Below are positions 20,811-34,580 of a DNA stretch of 64,000 bases, in pieces (position 1 is the stretch's first letter; each line of letters opens with the position of its first letter). The notes under the pieces were generated by a model. The model did no database searches. It saw only the letters and a list, made by a program, of their open reading frames with translations, and was not told where the DNA came from. The stretch is from Lama glama. Lineage: Eukaryota. The position numbers and the translations under genes are program-made. The stretch lies in contig CM052817.1 in the NCBI GenBank assembly GCA_028534125.1, forward strand, positions 101,744,001 to 101,808,000, written 5' to 3'.

Positions 20811-22972
20811 GCTGCATCTAGCGAGGGTAAAGGAATAAAACATTCAGCAGTTGAAGCCGTTTGTGGAAGCGCTGTTTACTGTCTTTGTTCTGCGAGGTAG
20901 TCATTAGTGCATCATGTCAGCCAACTCTGCCCCCGGAGACTTCCTCTGGGAACTTATCCTGGGGATGTCACACAGCATGAAAAGACTTCCCCTGGTCACA
21001 AATAAAGCCCCGAATCATTAGGAGAGTTGGAGCGCCACTCAGCTGTGAAGGACCCGGCCAGGAGCAAACCCCACACCCTCATCCCAGGAAGAGGAGAACA
21101 AATCCAGCTCACACGTCATGCACGTTCACAAGACAATCAAGACAATCAGACTCACTCAATTGAAAAGAGATCTAATTCTTTAAAAAAATGTTGTTACTGT
21201 TGTTGGAATTTGAATTTGCAGTCAAAATGGTATTTCAAACTAGATGACAGGCAGTTGAAATATTAACTGAGGGAAACAGTTTTGGCGCTCCGAGAAAAAC
21301 CCTTGTAATTAATCTTCACTGGTAATCTCCTTGGAGTAACCGTTACTAATTGGAAACATGTCCTGTCAGCCTCCCCAGATTCAGGGCCTGGGGGTGGCAG
21401 GAGTATATTGTTTTTTGTACCACCAGCCACAGCCCCGCGACTAAGTGGTAAGTTTTGCATACAGCAAGTGTATAATCCTTGAAGTTTGTTATGACTCTGC
21501 AGTGAGCATGGGACAGAAAATCCTAGACTTTAGGCACAGAGAAACCAGAAGGGGTTCCTGGAATAGAGCCCTTCCCTTTCCCTTTCCCAGTCACATGCTG
21601 CCATTGAGACACAAGCCAAGTGGAAAGAGTGAACTTGGTTCTGGCAGTCTGGCCCGGCACCCTGGCCCTCAACCTTCTCCTTCCAAAACAGTAGACAGTG
21701 CTCCTAGAAAAATGATTCACACCACATAAGACTGTCATGTTAGAAAATCCATCAGGGCAATGGGACTAGTATTTTGCAGATAAATTCATGCCGAATATAA
21801 TTCTCTGAACAAAGACATTCAAATCTCTTTGAGCACAGATGATGCAATTCTCAGTTCTCCATTTTTATCCCCACACTATCACGCTGACCAACAAAGTTCC
21901 ATTAATCTATCACCTGCTCTCTTAGAAGGCTCACATGCTTAGACATACTATTTTACTATAGTGACTAAAACTTGATGTGACTTTTTAAAAATCGTGGTAA
22001 AGTAGGTATAACCTAAACTTTACCATTTAACCCTTTTGAAAGTGCACAGTTCAGTGACATTACGTGCCTTTCACATTTTGGGGAGTTCGTTAGCATTTTT
22101 ATCAAAGGGAGGGTTCAGAAGAGCAAGGACACCCTTATCATTTAATGGGTTCTCTCAGCAACAGCTTTATAAAATGATGACTTAGGAAATAGAATGTATT
22201 GCACAAAAAGCAAATGTTGTATTAGCAACAGTCATTGTTTATGCTATTCTTTTCTCTTAATGGGAATTGGTTAGACTGGCTAATAACTGTGACACAGGTC
22301 ACAGTTCCCTGAGCTGAGCATTCTCCTTACAACCAGCAAGAGTAGATGCAGATCTGCCTGACTCTTGAGACTGGTGGAAGATTCTAGAATACTTGTAACT
22401 GCAGCTGTGCAAAGATCATCTTACCTCTCTGTGACCCTGACAGTAGAGACAGGGGTTCGTTACCCTCCTTCTTCCCACCTGGAAAGGCAACTCCCAGCCC
22501 TTTCCCTCCCATTTGATAAAATCCTATCCTATTCGTCCCTCAACTTCCATTTCCAAAAAGTGGGCAAAGGATGATGGCAGCAGTAAGAGACTGTGCGTTT
22601 GAGAAATTAAGGAGCCAAATGAAGGAGGAGCCAGAGGGAGTCAAGGGAAAGTATTTAAATGTGCTTTTGTTTTCTTTCAAATTTCTATGCTAGGAGACCC
22701 CAAAGTATACTTGATGATGGAAGTGATAATTGTCTTCCATGGAAAAGCTGAAGTTTGGAGAGAAAAATGATAGAATCTAAGTGTTGGAAAGACATTCAAG
22801 ACCAATTGGTCTGTTCTCCCACCCAGCATGGTGTCCCTAACCGAGATTCACCCAATGTCTCCTTGAACCCACACGGGATGGGGGACTCCCTCATGAGCTC
22901 TTTTACAAGATCATCTAACTCCCTTCACTGTCTACTGCGTCCATCAAGCAACCCTGGTGTAGGGAAGGATGC

Positions 22973-23253
22973 TGTGTTAGTTGGCTGAGGCTGCCATGAT
23001 GGAATACCATCGACTGGGTGACTTAAACAACAGAAATTTCTTTTCTCACACTTCTGGAGGCTGGAAGTTCAAGATCAAGGAGGCAGCAGGCTTGGTTTCT
23101 GGAGGCCTCTCTCCTTGGCTTACAGATGCTACCCTCATGCCTCTTCGTTTAGTTGTCCCTCTGCACACACACTCCTGCTATCTCTTCCTCATTTTAAAAA
23201 GAAGATCTTTATTTAGTTTTGCTAGATTTCTTGAGGGGAGGAGGTAATTGAGT

Positions 23254-23284
<31 letters not shown>

Positions 23285-23455
23285 TTTGTTATTTTTTAAC
23301 GGAGGCACTGGGGATCGGACCTAGGACATCGTGCATTCTAAGTACACGGTCTACCACTGAGCTATAACCTCTCTGTCTTCCTCTTCTTGTGACACTGGTC
23401 ATATTGGAATAGAGCCCCACTGTAATGGCTTCATTTTTATTTAATCATTTCTTGA
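22973..23455 (-). mobile_element. MLT1-type MaLR LTR, interrupted by a SINE
   Basis: GACTGGGTGACTTAAACAACAGAAATT...TTCTGGAGGCTGGAAGTTCAAGATCAAGG is a diagnostic MLT1 segment; resumes after 23372. Confidence 0.85.
23191..23372 (-). mobile_element. tRNA-derived SINE (vic-1-like) nested in MLT1
   Basis: Same head and tail as the other copies; (TTTA)n; TCTTCCTC on both flanks. Confidence 0.85.
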
Positions 23456-26400
23456 TTGACCATATTTGACCATGAACTCCCAAGTGACGGGAATCTTGCC
23501 TTCTCCCTCCTGGGCTGCCAAAGTCTAGCACCATACCTAGCACGTAGTAAGCACTCCATACTCAAATGAACCCCAGTTCAATAAATGGAGATGCATCTCT
23601 TTACTCTTTGGGCTCTCCTGTTGGGAGCCAAAGCAGGACTGGATGAAGAACTTTGGGGGGATATGAGAGAACAGAGAACAGCTTCACGAGGGTGCCTGGG
23701 CACACCAGTGCTTTTGCTGCTTTGAAAGGGAGGTGATATTCCATGAGCCTGAGCACCTGATCCCATCAGGTAGGTCTTCAGTGTGGGGCTGTCTTTTGAG
23801 GTTTCGTACTTAGCAGTTAACACACCGACTCTTCACTACAGTTGAAGGGCATTCGCATTGGAAATAGGTGCTGACTCTACTGTGATGATTTCTTCTTTCC
23901 AAACAGCTAGGGGCAGATAATTGCAGCCATTTGATAAAGCCAACAGATTCGCTCTACATGCTTCAGCGAACTGCTCTTCTTACTCTGTGTAGACAAATGT
24001 TATTTATTTATGAACTTCGGGCAGGTTATTATATTCTAGATGACTTATATTCAATGAGGCATCCTCTTTTATTATTATTAGTTCTTTGCCCTTCCCATTT
24101 AATGATATTTACAAACTCTTGGGTGTCCTCAGTTCTTACTCAGCAGCAGAAGATTCGTCCTACTTTGACTAACGATGCATCGCTTGGTTTCACTCACCAA
24201 TGATTGCTCAGTTGGTGGAGCCTGTATCTGGCTTCCCTGTTTCTTGTTATGTATATTTCTTCCTAATGTCACAGGTGTCCTTGTGGGGTGTGCACTTACA
24301 TTTTCTGCATTTGCCTCTGTTTTGATGTTCTTTCCTACCTTTGCCATGTTGCTATTTATTTTGAAAAGTCAGTTGTTATACATACGTCTACTTCCATAAA
24401 ATAAATATTTCAATGCATGTATTATTTTCAGATTCATTACCGATTTTTTCATTTGGACATAGTGAGATGAATGTGGAAGATAAAGATTGTTCTTATTTAG
24501 CATAATACAGTTGTGATCACTCTCCTTGGCCTTTGAGTGTCACACAGTGAGGATAAGGAAAGAGTCCTCTAGAACTGAGAATGAGGCACAAGGACCTTCA
24601 CACACTGCATTACTGCTTTAAGCCATGAGAAGTTGTGTTAATGATGAAGAGAAAGGCTGGTAGCCATGGGAAAACCTCACCTGTTATTCATGCAGGTAGT
24701 TATAGCACAGCTTCAGGAGTGTATCCTGCGTGGCTTGTGGTTCACGAACCACGCTGCCTAATCCCTGGGACCACAAGCGACATCTGTGAATCTACTGTGA
24801 GTTCCTAAGCCAAAGCCACAGGCAAAGAGACCATTGTTGATGGGCAGATCGTTACACAAATTAGCAGATGAAATTTATTTTAATGTAGAGGAAGCTTTAT
24901 GTTGGGGGTCGGTATCCGAAAATGACATTAATTTCCATAAGCACTTAATGAGATTAGAAAATGAAACAAACCTCACAATGGATGTGAAAATAACATAATT
25001 ATGAAACATAAAACTAGTGGCAAGCTGGTAAAGCTACAACAGTGGAATCCCATTGACAAAGAAATAAGAAACCCTCAACAGAAATATTAAAGTACATAAG
25101 TAATCTTACTTTAGGGAATAAACAATGAATGATGACCAATGTTTTATTCAACAGAACTAAATAGGGTTAAAATAATCATTTGAAATTCTTTCTCCAAATG
25201 GGACTGACCTGGCTCTCTGACTTTCAGAAAATACTCTGAACAATGCCTGCCTCATTTTTTCCCCCAGATTTGTACATTTCTGACATTTTACATCTTTATC
25301 ACTATACAAAATACATGAACAAAATGTGTATGTTTTTCTTAGTGAGAGCCGATAACATGGTAGTTTTCATATGAGAAGGATGATTGTCAAAGTTTTGCAA
25401 GTCTGGAGCCCTGTTGGATTTGTTTAGCTGTTGGTGGAGGTGAGGGTGTGTGGTTGGTGGTGGGGAGGTTGTCGTGAAGAGAATGAATACACTTTTTTCC
25501 TATGATCTCCTTGTTAAACCTTGTTTTTGTTATATAACTGATTATTGACCTTCAACCTGTGTTCTTGAGACCCCTGGCTGTTGGTTACCAGGCTCCTGTG
25601 AGGAGTTCTTGGGGTGGCCCAGATCTTTTCTGTGATAGTTAAGTACTGTTACCCCATAAGCCTTGTAAGAAACTTGTAGCTCCCGACCCAGTGGACTGAT
25701 AAGTCCATTCCCCTACTCTGTCATAAAAGGAGATGATTTGGGGACAGTTTCAAAGACAAGATGCTGCCAAGATTAGGCCTCCCAGTGAGTTACCTCACTC
25801 TTGAGAAATTTCAGCAAGTTATTAGACAATTTCATTTCTTTTTTCACAAGGATAATTTCAATTCTCCATTCCTGGACTGCTCTACACACGTTACTTGGGG
25901 ATGTCACTTTTTGCAAAGACTCATGTGTGCTGGTCACGGCACTTGGGACAGGCTGAGCTGAGCGACAGCCTGGAGTGACAAACACAAAGAGATCCAACCA
26001 AATTTGGTTTCAGGGTCTACAAAACATTTCACTGACCTTAACTTTCCAGGAGAAGCAAATATTCCAATCACATTAGTATCTAAAAAGATTTGTGCATCAT
26101 CTTCTAACGTCCTTTGGGTTGGCTTTAGGCGGCTGGGAAGGTGACCAGATGGTCGTATTGCATAGAGAATTTATATTCTTCCTTGATGACCAACTCACCT
26201 CTGGGCTCCTGGGAGCAGTTTCCAGTGGAATGGAGAGCAGAGAGAATCATAATTACGTCTCAGCCCTGGTTCATCACCCAATAGGGACCTGTATTTCTAC
26301 ATATGCCCTTATAAATCTTTTAGCTAAATCAGGGCTCAAATGTAAAACCCAGTTCCCTAGGGAACTTTTTAATATAAACTAAAGTCTGGTTGAGGCTGAT

Positions 26401-28244
26401 TTTTTTTTAACTTTGTGAAAAGTGTTTACTCATGATAGTTACAGATTTAGTACAAAGTCTTATTTATTTTGCATGACACTGAAAACAAAAACAAGAACCT
26501 CCTAAATGAACAAAAAGCAGAAACAGCCCTAGAACACCTTATAATGTATAGATAAAATTCCACTTAAATGTATGCCTATGAAAATAGAGTTTAGAAGCTG
26601 GTAGAATATTCAGAGAAAGCATAATATTTCTGGACAGTGCCGCTGTCGTCGTTTTGCTTGGTTTTGCTTGTCAGCTCAGTGATGTTTTTCTTATAGTGCA
26701 GCCTATAAGGGGATAAAGTAATGGAAATATGACAGACTTGCCCTTTCTGGTTGTTCTTATGTCCTGTGATAACCATAGAGCCTCATACGGATTCAGCTGG
26801 GTTCAGTACGGGTTAAATGCTGAGTAAGTAGTGTTCTAGAGTTAATCTTCTAAGGAGTTCTACCTTGGTGTTCTGACTGCCCTCAAAGCAAGAGATTCTG
26901 TCTGGTCAGCAGCCTGGGAGCCAAGCGCTTCTTTAACATCTGGATTGACTGATGCTACATGTCAAAATCCAGCCAGAGTGATAAATTACTCATAAATGAA
27001 AAGAGAGGAAACTATTGCAGTGATGGTCACTGGCTACGATCACGGTAATTCCAGTTCTATAGCTCTTCTTTGAGCTACAGATTTTTTTTTTTATATTGAG
27101 CATTTTATTCCGAATTTGAACCTCTGAATTTGAATGGCAGAGTAAGTTACTGGAAGCTGTTAGAAAAACAATGCTGTCTGGAAATGACCCCTGGGATCGC
27201 TACGAAGAAATAATAGAAAACCCAAGGACCATTAAACGCCATGCGAACTATCGGGAAAAATAGCTTGCATTTCCTGGAGGAAAGGTGACTTTCTGTATTT
27301 ATGTAATCATTTCAATTATGATTCTGCTTATTAGCTATAAACCCCAGAAGTCACGAGGTTAATAGGAACCTTTCCAAAGACATCCATTAAACTTAGGGAA
27401 TAAGGTCATACATTTGCAGAATTCAAGATTTATTGGGACGGGTATCTGTCTCACGTTAAAGACTTTGTAGGGACACTGGCTCCTGGCACACACTCTTCTT
27501 GCATCTGTACTTCTGTCTGTGTTAAATTCTGCTTATTCCTCAAGCTAGCAGAAGCTATTTAAGCCCTAAGGAATGGGTACCTCCTACATCCGGCATCATG
27601 TAAGCAGTAAGACACGTGTTCCATTTACCTAATTAAGAAAGGGCTTCAGCAAGCAAGCTTGTACTCTTAGTGAGATGCTTTTGTATTTCACTACATTACT
27701 TATGTTGGAGTAAATTTTTTTTGTCTGTGTGTTTTTACTGATTTACTTTCAATTTCTAGCTTTTAATTCAATTCAGTTCAAAATTTATTTGCTGTTTTCA
27801 ATATGTGCTAGGAACCATGTGCAGAAGACTGTAGAGTGCTGTAAATAAGACAGAAGAAATACAAGTAAATAATTAGCATAGGAAAAATGTTAATCTCAGG
27901 AGTAATCAATAAATATACATTAAAGGATGATTTCTTCCCCTCATTCTATTATCCAAGATTAAGAGAAAAGAATGTTGGTGAGGCAATGAAGCTGAGGTCT
28001 TTGTGATGCTGCACTGGCGGTGAGTGTCATAAGAGAGAGACAAACTAAAAGCTCCCCAGGGGAGGACCAAGGTTGGAAACAGCAGGGAAATTTTCTGGAA
28101 GGATTTTGGAGAAGAGATGGAATTTAAACAGATGGAGGAGGACAGAAACGGAAGGCAGGGCACAGAGCCTGATGAAGAGTGATACTTTTTCATCTCACCC
28201 TGTTTTGAAGGTTTATCCATCCTGGAACAGGAGCTCTATCTCAT

Positions 28245-29050
28245 TCGCTTTAGTGTTTTTATAGTATTCCTTTGGATGAATATGTAATTTATTTTCCCAT
28301 CCTCCTACTGATGGACAGTTAACTTGCTTCCAAATTTTGTTGTCACAAACCAAGCTATTGTGAACACCTTCGCATATATTTTCTCTTGCACGTTGGAGAG
28401 AGTGTTTCCAAGATACATACTAGAGGGTAGGATTGCCAAGTTGGGGGGATGCACTAGTCCAAATTGCTCTCCAAGTGTCTGTACCAATTGAAACTCCCAC
28501 CAGCAACGTTGGAGTTTTCCAGCACCCTTATATTTGGTATTGACAGATATACATTTTTACCAATTTGGTGGGTGTGAATGAGTATCATATTAATTTTTTT
28601 TAACTCCCTGGTTACAAGTGAGACTCCACACATATTTTGTACATTTATGGGCTGTTCAGATTTCTTTCTGAGTAAATTGGCTCTTTTCTTTGTTTTCAGT
28701 TTTTTGTTTCTTTAGATGATTTAGATCTTCTTTATGTATTCTAGATGTCATGTTTTTTAAAAAAAATCAATGAAACGAATTGCAAGTATTTTCACTTTCT
28801 CTGGGTCTTGTCTTTTAAACTTTTATTATTGTCTCATTTCATGTAGAGGTAATTTTAATTTAGGCAAAATTATCATTCTTTGTTTTTTGGTTTATGTTTT
28901 GTATGGCTCATTTAAGAGACCTATAACATTCTGTCCAGAAATCTTGCTTTTCATAGCCTTTAATTAACTTAGAATTGATTTTTGTGTATGGTCTGAGATA
29001 GTGTTGTAGGTAGTACATTTTTCCCCCAAAAGGACAGCCAACTCTCTAAG
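28245..29050 (-). mobile_element. Old L1 (L1M-type) fragment
   Basis: TAGTATTCC...GATGGACA...TTCCAAATTTT...GCTATTGTGAACA...CTCCCACCAGCAAC...GAATTGATTTTTGTGTATGG are antisense L1 hallmarks. Confidence 0.75.
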
Positions 29051-29490
29051 TCAATAAATAACTGTTTTTGTATTTTATTTTTGTGTATTTATCTCATCCC
29101 AGGCAACTCTGCACAGACTCCAGAGAACAAAAATTGTGGAAATCCCTCTCAATGGCAACGTGTGTCCAAGCATCCCCATGGTCACGGGTATTCCAGAAGC
29201 AGCTAAAAACTGGTGACTTCGGATCTGATTGAGTTTGAATTCAGGCTCTCTCACTTATAAACAAAGTAGGGTAAAAAGAATGGTAACAAAATGAACCAAT
29301 TTGAAAAAGTTGGTATTGAAATAAATATAACTGGACAGGAGTTTGGGATTGAAATAGGAACTGTCCGTATCAATTTGAAATGGTTGGAAGAGCTGGAATA
29401 TAAGACTCTCACTGGACTCTAGAAATATTGGAATGAAATGAAAAGGACCCTTAATAACACCACCCTCAAGAGCTTGGACTAAATAAGTTG

Positions 29491-29605
29491 AACAAAAGAA
29501 TATGAAAACGAATATATGTATATCTATATGCATGACTGGGACATTGTGCTGTACAACCAGAAACTGACACATCGTAACTGACTATACGTCAATTAAAAAA
29601 AAAAA
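29491..29605 (+). mobile_element. Short lineage-specific L1 3' end
   Basis: AAAGAATATGAAAACGAATATATGTA...AACTGACTATACGTCAATT-poly(A); same family as the 16.9-kb and 42-kb copies. Confidence 0.85.
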
Positions 29606-29699
29606 CCAATTTCAGTGAGGAGTAAAGAATGTGAAAACCATTTATTCTTGGGAAAAAAAAACATCTGCAAATAGCACCAGGACTTGGCTCACTCCACCC

Positions 29700-30100
29700 C
29701 GTTCCCAATTCTCTTTTCCCCTGCCTTCCCCTTTTAAAGAGGCTGAAATGCTCAACACTCACCTTTCTTGAACACTTTCTGCCTGGTGTGGTCATGTGGG
29801 TCAGCCCTGGCCAGTGATGTAGGTGTCCAGCACTCCTTTCCAGGCAAAAAGACTAAGCTGTTAGCCCTCTCACTGTACTGCTTCTTGGAAAATGGATATG
29901 GCATCTGGAAGCACAGTGGCCATCTTGTGACCCCAAGGACAGAGACTTGTGGCATTCTGAGCTCCTCTGCCAGCCTGGTGTTTCTAGTCTTAGACTTTTT
30001 GTGCCCGGAGACAAATAAACCCATCTCTGTGTAAAGCCTTGCAGTGAAAGTTTTTATTTTTTACATTTATTTATAGCTAAACACATGTCTATCTGATACA
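29700..30100 (+). mobile_element. Old MaLR LTR (MLT1-like)
   Basis: GGCCATCTTGTGACC...AAATAAACCC...ends CTGATACA. Confidence 0.6.
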
Positions 30101-32425
30101 GCTTTAATACCTCATTCATTCATTCATTCAACATTGGTTATCACTGAAAATATTTACAGTAATGAGTGTGTGTTACTAAGGAGAGAGAGGGTACAACAGA
30201 GGAAGGGAAGGAGAAGACAGCACAGTTCCTTGTGAATCCAGAATTTAATTTCTAGTAACAGGAATAAGACATGACTATGGATTGGGAGGCAGTTTATGTT
30301 AAGTGTCCCATGTGCTAACAGTTGGTCCCATGTTTTCATCAGATGATCTTCTGTAAGCATCTGGGATTCATTGTGGCAGCTTGGGTACCATGTGAACATT
30401 TTTGTGCATCAAATACTTGGTCCTAAGAGCATGTGTCATGCTCTTAGTTCTTAAAGTCACATTATAAATAGCCACAGGACTATTTTGTAGATGAGATGTC
30501 CAATCGTGTACTTTCCACTACAAAACACTCCATATAAAGTTTCTTTTGGAGCTACAACATTCGATTCAAGACACATAAGCAATCCAATCCACCTGTTATA
30601 GCCGCAGGATGGTCTCTGTTCTATTGGTGTGGCTTTGAAAGAAACAAGCATCCAGCTGCCACTCTGTGCCACCAACCTGTGTAGGCAATGCATGGGGGAC
30701 AGGGAGGCAGAGAAAAGCCCACTTACAGCCAAGGGGCAGAGTCAGGATGTAAACTCTTGGCAGCTTGTTTTTTTGCATCCTGGTATCCCCCATCATGACT
30801 AATTTCTTATTTGCTAGTTTCAGGAGCTCAAAAAATGTTTGCTTTTTCTGATTTCATGTAGTTTCATTTTCTGGCCATAATTTGGTCTAGTGTATATACC
30901 AAGATGGAATCTGACTTCTTGAATTACTGGCCAGTCTTAGGTTTACAGTTGGCAGTAAACGTTCTATCCAGTTTCTGGTTCCCTGACCCAGACGAATGAA
31001 TTCCCGGCAAGGACAGTCCATGCCACCTGCTTTCCCACAGAGTGCCCTTCAGTTCTGGTCAAGGGCTGAAGACAGGGTGGCAGGGGAAGTGGCATGGGTA
31101 AAGGCATGGCTACAGGGAGCTGTGGTCTTCCTTAGGCAAAAGAACCTCCAGGAGGATGTGTTGGGAGGCACTTAGGATCGTCAGTCCTCCTTGGATTTCG
31201 TTAGTGTGTCTGTGCGGCTGTTATCAAGGGCTTTGCTGCGATCCTGGTCATGGCCTTGAATGTGTGGTTCTTGACCCAGACTGCCCCATCGTCTGTCCCT
31301 GGCACTTTCCATCGGACCAGGCTTGGGATGAAGCTATAGAAGAAGCAGTGGAAAGAATCAGGGTGCAGGACTGAGGCTGGGGAAAGCCTGCCAACTCATT
31401 TCTACGGGGCTGAAATATCTTCCCTTGGAAAACCCTCCCACTAAGACTTCCACGCCATCCTCTGCTAAGCTTTTCAGACCAAGATGGTTTAACTTTGGGA
31501 ACAGGATGCCACGGGTCTTGAGGCTTTGATCTCTAGCTTGTGGAAACACACACTGGGATGATGTGGTTTTAGCCTATTTGGCTTTTCCCACCTCTTTTTG
31601 GAACGTGAACCTTCTTGATTAAAAAATGCCATGCTTATGAGATTGAAAGTTGGTGATAAAGATTTTTATTCCATATAAAGTCATTTAAACTGTTTTTGTT
31701 TGTTTCAGAAGTTGCTCAGTCCATCTGTGATTGTTTCAGTGCAGCTTTCCTTGATGTAAACAGAAAGGCTTTACAAATTGGATGAATGCCAGTGTGGGTG
31801 AACATTAGAATTGGCTCATGTTGAAGTTCACACTGACCTCAGAGTGCAAGTTTATCTTTTGAGGTTGCTTTGACTTTGGGGAGCTAGATATTGGAAATTT
31901 CCATGGAGAATACTGCTTGGCTGACTTGTTTTTCTTCTCTGTGATGTTCAAAGGAAAATCTCCCTAACCAGAAGGCTCACTCCTCAGTCAAAGTGGGGAT
32001 CCTGTCTAAAGTATTGCTGGCCGCACAATCTCAAGTTCAGTCGATCCAGCACCCAGCCCTGGGCTGGGAATTAAGTGTTTCTCTTGTTTTCCAGGTGATG
32101 TATCTGGAATCCCAAGAGGGCCAAACAGCTGAGCCAAATCACTGGGAAATGAGGCTGATGGTGGTGTGCAGATGCAGTGGTGTGGAGTAGGGTTCCAGAA
32201 TTCCTGATTCTCAATTCAAGTCCACAAACCCCTATTGCAAAGCTGGCTGTGTCAGCTTTTCTAGTGTTCTTGATGCGGATCTGTAAGAATCTGAGACTGA
32301 GGACCAGGCTGGATGGTGAGGGAGACAAAGCTCTTCTTGCTACTCTCTCCTCTGTTTGCTACTTTCTCTACTCCCAGGGCTACCCCTTGTCTTTCAAAAT
32401 CTCTATATTAAAATATCAAAGAGAA

Positions 32426-32553
32426 GGGAAGGGTCTAGCTCAGTGGTAGAGTGCATGCCTAGCATGCATGAGGTCCTGGGTTCAATCCCCAGTACCTCCA
32501 TTAAAGAAGGAAAGAAACCTAATTATCTCCCTCCCCCAAAGCCCCCCACAAAA
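32426..32553 (+). mobile_element. tRNA-derived SINE (vic-1-like)
   Basis: A box TAGCTCAGTGG 32436-32446, B box GGTTCAATCC 32479-32488, tail AAACCTAATTATCTCCCTCCCCC. Confidence 0.9.
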
Positions 32554-32989
32554 CAGAGATTTTGGTCCCACTTTACCTATCCATGTAGTTTCAAAAATCC
32601 TAGAGAAATATTACTCAATTAATTCTACAATGTTAAATATTTCTAATACACAAAGTGCATTAAGTTAATTAATTAGTTAAATGTATTCAGTGAAATAATA
32701 GAATAAATAAATGTATTTAAAAAATAAAAATAAAATACCAAAGAAAAATGTCCCTATTTTTTCCTCCAAGACTTGAGTCCAGTTGTCTTCCATGGCTTCT
32801 TCATTGACCTGTTCTTTAGTAATCTCCTCTCTTTACTGGATTTCTAATCTCTCCTTCCCTCTGGGTCTTCCCTGCAGTTTATGAACATACTCAAACCCAT
32901 CCTATATTAAAGAAGAAACCTTTATTCTGCATCCCACTGTCCTTTCATTCTCTCACAGCATAGCTTCTTGAAAAAGTTGCCTATATCTT

Positions 32990-33115
32990 ATTTTTTTTAA
33001 TTTTTTAAAAAATCAAAATATATTCAACATACAAAACACTGTGTGAGTTTAAGGTGTATAATATGTTGATTTGATACATTTATTTTTGTACTATGATTGC
33101 CATTGTAGTGCTAGC
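32990..33115 (-). mobile_element. Short older L1 3' end
   Basis: Poly-T followed by ...GTTTAAGGTGTATAATATGTTGATTTGATACATT. Confidence 0.55.
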
Positions 33116-33348
33116 GTCTACGCTTGTTTTTCCCACTTCGTCCTTTCTAATTCATGTGAAGGTCACTGCAATCCTTGCCTTAAAGGTTCTGTTCAAGATC
33201 ATCACGATATCCTAATTATCAAGTGGAGCAGATTCAGTTTTGGGGTCTCCGTATTTGACTTCTCTATGATATTTAAGAGTGTATCCCTCAACTTTTGGGG
33301 GGGTGGTTCATGAAGATCAATTATAACTTTTAAGGTCAAGATTAGCAT

Positions 33349-33670
33349 ATTTTTCTTTTTTGTTTTCTTTTTTCTTTTATTGAAATATAGTCAGCTTATA
33401 ATGTGTCAATTTCTGGTGTACATCATAATGTCTCAGACATACATATACATATATATATATTCATTTTCATATTCTTTTTCATTATAGGTACTACGAGATA
33501 TTCAGTGTAGTTCCCTGTGTTATATAAAAGAAACGTGTTATCTATTTTATATGTAGTAGTTAGTATTTGCAAATCTTCATCTCCCATTTAATCTCTTCCC
33601 ACCCCCTTTCCCCCTGGTAACCATAAGTTTGCTTACTATGTCTGCGAGTCTGTTTCTTTTTTGTAGATAA
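33349..33670 (-). mobile_element. Lineage-specific L1 3' end
   Basis: Reverse complement aligns by eye with the plus-strand copy at 41723-42110. Confidence 0.88.
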
Positions 33671-33749
33671 TAGGATCTTTTTCTATGTTAAGCTTTATCA
33701 GCACACATATTAATTGAACTTAAGTTATTAAACCCTAGTCTTAAGAAAA

Positions 33750-34580
33750 TAATTAATAGAGATTTTTGAGCAGTTTTGGGCTTATAGAAAATCCGAGTGG
33801 AAAGTACACAGAGTTCCCATATACCTCTTTCCTCCGTCTCAGTTTTCACATCTTGCATTAGTGTGGTATGTGTGTCACAAATGACGAGCCAAAATTGATA
33901 CATTATTAACCTAAGTGCATAGCTTACATTGGGGCTCACTCTGTGTTGTACAGTTGTGTGGGTTTCGATAAATGGCTAATGTCGTGTATCCTCTGTTACA
34001 GCATCACACAGAATAGTTTCACTGCCCCCCCAAATCTCCTCTGTTCTACCTGTTGATCCCTCCCCCCACCCAGATCCTGGCAACCATTAATCTTTTCACT
34101 GCATAGTTTTGCCTTTTCAGAATGTCGTAGACGTGGAGTCACACCGTGTGAGCCTTTTCAGATTGGCTTCTTTCACTTGGCAATATGCATTTAAGTTTCC
34201 TTCATGTCTTTCTGTGCCTTGAGAGCTCATTTTTTCATTATCCCTGAGTAATGTCCCATTGTCTGGATGTACTACAGTTTGTTCGTCCATTCTCCTGTTG
34301 AAGGACATTGCCGTTGCTTCAAGTTTTGGCCATTATGAATAAAGTTGCTTCAGAGGAGCCAAGCTGGCAGAGCAGAAGGACGCATAGCTCACCCTCTCCC
34401 ACAAATGCAGCAAAAACTGCATCAACATATGGTGCAATTCTCACAGGGTAGCTACTGAACTTTGGCAGAGTATCTCTTACAACCAGAAATGCAAGGAAAT
34501 CCTCCCCAAACCAGGTAGGAAGAAAAAAATGAATAAAACTGCTAGAAACATCCATGCGCAGGTTTTCTGTTCGTTTGGGT
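33750..34580 (-). mobile_element. L1MC-like 3' region, interrupted at 34350-34528
   Basis: GAGCAGTTTT...ACAGAGTTCCCATATACC...CAGAATAGTTTCACTGCCC...TTTTCAGATTGGCTTCTTTCACTT. Confidence 0.8.
34350..34528 (+). mobile_element. Short retroposed insert resembling an L1 5' UTR start, with 15-bp TSD
   Basis: GAGGAGCCAAGCTGGCAGAG... ending in an A-rich run; flanked by ATGAATAAAGTTGCT (34335-34349) and ATGAATAAAACTGCT (34529-34543). Confidence 0.7.

Noticed and set aside
24175..24399. Hydrophobic 74-aa ORF resembling a small membrane protein
   Set aside because: Explained by T-rich composition; no promoter, splice or homology support.
32426..32500. tRNA-like sequence with A and B boxes
   Set aside because: SINE head: five diverged copies with tails and TSDs, and no intact cloverleaf apparent.
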